A stretch of 64,000 nt of DNA, from NCBI GenBank assembly GCA_017458225.1, contig JAFTFX010000006.1, positions 76,103-140,102 of the forward strand. Direction: 5' to 3'. The DNA comes from Prevotella sp. GTDB taxonomy: Bacteria > Bacteroidota > Bacteroidia > Bacteroidales > Bacteroidaceae. Below the pieces are notes generated by a model. The model was given only the letters and a program-made list of their open reading frames with translations. It made no database searches and was not told where the DNA came from. Positions 60,137 through 64,000 of the stretch are shown here, piece after piece (positions within the stretch are counted from its first letter, which is position 1; every line of letters starts with the position of its first letter). The translations under genes were made by a program, and so were the position numbers.

Positions 60137-62587
60137 ATGCGAGATAAGAAACCATCCGGATATTGGACTTATGACAGATGCTTTGCTGAGGCGAAGAAAT
60201 ATAAGTTAAGGGCAGATTTCAAAAAGAATGCTGCCGGAGCTTACGATGCTGCAAAAGACAAAGGATGGCTAATAGAATATACATGGCTTGAATCTCGCCC
60301 GCTGAAATGGACTTATAATACCTGCATCGAGGAAGCTAAGAAGTATAGAACACGCTCGGAGTTCAGTAAAGAGGCAGGTTCTGCATATAATGTAGCTCGC
60401 AAAAATGATTGGCTAAAAGATTACACATGGTTTGAAGAACTACAAAAGCCCGGTGGCTATTGGACTTATGAGACTTGTTACGAGGAAGCAAAAAAATACA
60501 AGTCAAGAGGAGAATTCTCAAAGAAATCTCAGACAGCATATAATCGAGCGAGAATTGAAAATTGGTTAGATGATTTTAGTTGGTTAGCATCTGATGCGAC
60601 ACCCGCAGGCTTTTGGACTTATGAGAAATGTTTTGAAGAGGCGAAGAAATATAAGACAAGAATCGAGTTCAGTAACCAAGCAGGCTATGTCTATAAACTG
60701 ACACAAAAAAACGGCTGGTTTGATGATTATACTTGGCTCGAAAAGAAATTCGTATGGAGCTTCGAGAAATGTTCAGCTGTCGCTAAACAATACAAGACTA
60801 AAAAAGATTTTAAACAGGGAAATAGTGGCGCATATTCTGCTGCGTCAAAGCATGGTTGGCTTAAACATTTTGACTGGTTGAAAAGTAGTCGAATAAATGT
60901 AATAACCGATGAAGTTGACAATGTTTATATGTACTATTTTGAAAACTTCAATGCTGTCTATATTGGTAGGACTGTGAACATAAAGCGACGTGACAGAGAG
61001 CATGTCTTCAATACTACAAATGATTCCGTTGCTAAATTTGCTTTTGCACATGATTGCCCTGTTCCTCCAATGATTCTTTTAGAAGAGAACCTGTCAATAG
61101 AGAAGGGACAGGAACGTGAAGACTATTGGCGAAACTATTATGAAGAACATGGCTATAAAGTGCTAAACAAAGCAAAAACGGGTGTTGGCATAGGTTCCAT
61201 TGGAAGTATAGGTGGTATAAAGTGGACGAAGCAGGCTTGTTATAATGAGGCAAAGAAATACACCCATCGAAAGGAATTTCAACGAGAAAGCGTTGGTGCT
61301 TATACACAGGCGTTGAAGAGAGGCTGGCTGAAAGACTATACATGGTTTGAACGGCCTAAGAATTGGAATCAGATATGGGATAGGGATACTTGTTACGAAG
61401 AGGCTTTAAAGTATACAAAACTATCACAGTTCGAAAAGAATAGTTCTGGAGCCTGTAATGCTGCACGAAAGCACGGATGGATAAAGGAATATACATGGTT
61501 CGAATCAACCTCAAAACCTGTAGGTTATTGGACATACGAGAAATGCTTTGAAGAGGCAAAAAAATTCAGAAGCAGGAATGAATTTAAGAAAGGAGCACAG
61601 TCTGCTTACGGAGTAGCACTTGCAAAAGGTTGGCTTGATGACTACACATGGTTTGTGAGAAAGCGAAAGTCCCATGAAGATTGGACTTACGAAAGATGTT
61701 ATGAGGAAGCAAAAAAGTATAAGACAAAAGCAGAGTTTGCAAATGGAAAAGGCTCTGCTTATGCCTATCGAAAATCGCGTTTGAAGGGTTGGATTAATGA
61801 TTTTGATTGGCTTGAAGAGCCATCGAATCCTTTGGACATTTGGACGTATGAGCGGTGTAAGGAGGAATCCAAGAAACATAAAACGAAAGCCGATTTTATA
61901 AAAGAGGCCCCTGCTGCATATCGAGTATCCCTAAAGTACGAATGGATTAAAGACTTCGTATGGCTTGAAACCAGGAAATTATGGACTTATCCAGAGTGCT
62001 TTTCATTAGCACAAGCCTATACAACCAAGAAAGAATTCAGAAAAGCGCATCCTGCTGCCTATACTGCTGCGAAAAGATATGGTTGGCTGAAGGAATTCAA
62101 ATGGCTTAAGGTTCAATTTAAGGAACCATATTGGACAAAAGAGCGTTGTTATGAAGAAGCGAAGAAATATTCGTCGAAGCAGGATTTCTCTCATTCAAGC
62201 GGAGCATACAGAGTCGCTTATATAAACGGATGGCTAAATGATTATGATTGGCTTGTTGATACACAGTTAGAAAAAAAGCATATCAAAAAGAAATGGACAG
62301 AAGAGGCTTGTTTCAATGAAGCCCAAAAGTACACTTCTAAAAGTGCATTCAAAAGTGGCAACGAAAGTGCTTATTCAGCAGCCTTGAAAAGTGGATGGCT
62401 AAAGGATTATACTTGGTTTACAGGATTAAGAATACCAGAATCATATTGGACGTATGAGAGATGTTGCGAAGAAGCCAGAGAATGTAAGACTAAAAAGGAA
62501 TTCTATCAAGAGCATGATCGTGCATATAGAATTGCATTGCGCAATAGGTGGATGGATAAGATAGCAAAAATCGTAGGATGGAAATGA
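60137..62587 (+). CDS. GIY-YIG-like nuclease flanked by 14 tandem ~50-aa Trp-rich helical repeats
   Basis: Repeat consensus WTYE.C.EEAKKY..R.EF.K....AY..A.K.GWL.DY.W, 5 copies before and 9 after the central NVY-x10-YIGRT...RRDREH...E...LN domain. Confidence 0.8.
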   Translation: MRDKKPSGYWTYDRCFAEAKKYKLRADFKKNAAGAYDAAKDKGWLIEYTWLESRPLKWTYNTCIEEAKKYRTRSEFSKEAGSAYNVARKNDWLKDYTWFEELQKPGGYWTYETCYEEAKKYKSRGEFSKKSQTAYNRARIENWLDDFSWLASDATPAGFWTYEKCFEEAKKYKTRIEFSNQAGYVYKLTQKNGWFDDYTWLEKKFVWSFEKCSAVAKQYKTKKDFKQGNSGAYSAASKHGWLKHFDWLKSSRINVITDEVDNVYMYYFENFNAVYIGRTVNIKRRDREHVFNTTNDSVAKFAFAHDCPVPPMILLEENLSIEKGQEREDYWRNYYEEHGYKVLNKAKTGVGIGSIGSIGGIKWTKQACYNEAKKYTHRKEFQRESVGAYTQALKRGWLKDYTWFERPKNWNQIWDRDTCYEEALKYTKLSQFEKNSSGACNAARKHGWIKEYTWFESTSKPVGYWTYEKCFEEAKKFRSRNEFKKGAQSAYGVALAKGWLDDYTWFVRKRKSHEDWTYERCYEEAKKYKTKAEFANGKGSAYAYRKSRLKGWINDFDWLEEPSNPLDIWTYERCKEESKKHKTKADFIKEAPAAYRVSLKYEWIKDFVWLETRKLWTYPECFSLAQAYTTKKEFRKAHPAAYTAAKRYGWLKEFKWLKVQFKEPYWTKERCYEEAKKYSSKQDFSHSSGAYRVAYINGWLNDYDWLVDTQLEKKHIKKKWTEEACFNEAQKYTSKSAFKSGNESAYSAALKSGWLKDYTWFTGLRIPESYWTYERCCEEARECKTKKEFYQEHDRAYRIALRNRWMDKIAKIVGWK

Positions 62588-63339
62588 ATATGAGAAAAGA
62601 GATAACTATAAAAGATGCTCTATCAATGGTAGAGAAGTTTCAGAAACTGACTGAACTCCGTTACAATGATACTATGTCTAATCGTTTTGTTGCATTGAAC
62701 GATTTGACTAGAAAAATCAGAGCGTGTTTTAATGCTATTTTTCTACTTCCACTCGACAAGTATGATGTATTGTATGTACCTGCAAATTTAATGTATCGTT
62801 GTATTATTTCAGATTTGATGACCTCGCTGTTTATTGCTGTAATAGATGATTCACAACTTGATGAGGTTATACACGTCATGGATATTGATTTTACAAAATC
62901 ATTGAAGAATTCCCTAGAGGCGAATATTGAAATTCGCAAAGAAACCTATCCGGACGAATCTGAAGATTTTGATGAACTTAGTAAAAACTATCAAATTAAG
63001 CTATATGATGACTTAATGAATTGTCTTAGCTCAGAAAAAGGTGAAGAGTGGGAAATAAAAAAAGCAAATTCCGTCTTTATTAATGGCATTGCTTACACTG
63101 GTCGGATTAGACAAATGTACGACATTCTAAAGACACTTGACTATGAAGTGAGAGCCCTTGCTTCTGTCTATCAATATTACAAACTTTTTTCCCAGTCAGA
63201 ACACTATTCTTTGAAGGGACGTATTTTTAACTATAAGCAGGAGCTATACGAAAAGTATTATAACAAGATACACGGCTATATCTACCTCATAGAGAGGTAT
63301 ATCTATAATAGATACGGCAAACAGGTGACACAGAATTAG
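62584..63339 (+). CDS. All-helical protein, DUF5677/HEPN-like
   Basis: ANLMYRCIISD and YQYYKLFSQSEH (Y..(L/F)S...H) motifs; ATG 62584 overlaps the upstream TGA. Confidence 0.55.
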   Translation: MNMRKEITIKDALSMVEKFQKLTELRYNDTMSNRFVALNDLTRKIRACFNAIFLLPLDKYDVLYVPANLMYRCIISDLMTSLFIAVIDDSQLDEVIHVMDIDFTKSLKNSLEANIEIRKETYPDESEDFDELSKNYQIKLYDDLMNCLSSEKGEEWEIKKANSVFINGIAYTGRIRQMYDILKTLDYEVRALASVYQYYKLFSQSEHYSLKGRIFNYKQELYEKYYNKIHGYIYLIERYIYNRYGKQVTQN

Positions 63340-63386
63340 ATCCTTAGTCTCTACATCTAATGATAATAATAGAAAATAATCTCAAT

Positions 63387-64000
63387 ATGGCAAAGAACGA
63401 TAATAACAAAAAGGTTGACATTAACGAAGTTGCTATTACTTTTAAGGTTGATAGTGATGTTGTTAACAAAGTACGTAGTGGTGAGATTACGCATCTTGTT
63501 TGGGAAATCGATGAAGATAATCAAAACCTGATTCTGGAGACCATTGACGGAAATCTGGTGTTGGTTACAGAAGAGATGCCAACCACTTTTCATGGCTGCT
63601 ATCTTTATAATGGTGGCGTATTTCCGTACGTCATTAAGGGTTCGCTCAACTTCATCGTCCTTGACGGAGGCGCAGAAGGCTGTCTTACACGCATTATTGG
63701 CATGGAAACAGAGCCGGGCACCCGTTTCAATTATCAAGGGCCAGGCAAACCTATCGAAGAAGACCCTGATGGCGACAGTTGTGTTTGGGAAGTAGCCTTT
63801 GAGGTGATACCTGTGCCGCAAGAAGCGAAAACGCATCTGCTGAGGTGGAATCCTACAATCAGTTCGTTTACAGAAAAGGACTATGAGGAATGCGTGGCAA
63901 ACATGGAAAATGGAATGTTCCGTATGAACTGGAGCATCCGTGAATGGGAAGAGGCCAGAAGGGGTGACATGTTCTATATGATGCGTATGGGCGATGATAA
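63387..64000 (+). CDS. Partial protein with ASCH-like and EVE/PUA-like segments, running off the window end (absent from the ORF track)
   Basis: Open frame of 204 codons from ATG 63387: MAKNDNNKKVDINEVAITFKVDSDVVNKVRSGE...THLLRWNP...NWSIREWEEARRGDMFYMMRMGDD. Confidence 0.65.
   Translation, partial: MAKNDNNKKVDINEVAITFKVDSDVVNKVRSGEITHLVWEIDEDNQNLILETIDGNLVLVTEEMPTTFHGCYLYNGGVFPYVIKGSLNFIVLDGGAEGCLTRIIGMETEPGTRFNYQGPGKPIEEDPDGDSCVWEVAFEVIPVPQEAKTHLLRWNPTISSFTEKDYEECVANMENGMFRMNWSIREWEEARRGDMFYMMRMGDD

Larger units (their letters stand above)
57700..64000 (+). mobile_element. Left part of an AT-richer genomic island (candidate defence island); no integrase in the window
   Basis: Visible shift to A/T-ending codons, co-oriented accessory nuclease-like genes and a truncated gene at the left edge. 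Confidence 0.55.

Noticed and set aside
60137-62587. Intron- or intein-encoded homing endonuclease
   Set aside because: It is a free-standing ORF; I saw no interrupted host gene immediately around it, no intein termini and no evident group I intron core.
63357-63836. 159-aa minus-strand ORF and the 83-aa ORF at 63544
   Set aside because: Both are shadows of the open plus-strand frame starting at 63387.

Overview
The window looks like a Prevotella-type (Bacteroidales) chromosome segment, judged from the many TAnnTTTG/TTTG promoters, T9SS-type cargo and gene order. About 57 kb is housekeeping or metabolic: pfp, ygiQ, tRNA-Arg(TCT), several peptidases, recJ/recQ, dapA, a GH2 beta-galactosidase, truA, purU-hisHAF-hisIE-ftsE-lysC-lysA, class III fbp and a TamL/Omp85 protein. 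Four regions stand out. (1) An AT-richer island from about 57.7 kb to the window end encodes a truncated TerB-like gene, an FtsK-gamma/DEDDh exonuclease/4xNUMOD1-like fusion, an 816-aa protein with a GIY-YIG-like domain embedded in 14 helical repeats of about 50 aa, a coupled HEPN-like protein and an ASCH/EVE-like protein; this is a candidate undescribed nuclease or defence system. (2) A DUF6078-like gene is followed by six TTACC-N7-GGTAA palindromes at exact 22-bp spacing and a convergent MNT-HEPN pair; a second, sequence-unrelated array with the same 17+5 geometry lies at 26.0 kb. (3) An unannotated ~150-nt sRNA has a 5' end antisense to Bacteroidales start-codon regions. (4) A VTC/DUF4956/DUF2490/beta-helix lipoprotein cluster opens the window. 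All family assignments come from motif recognition by eye; no database searches were run.
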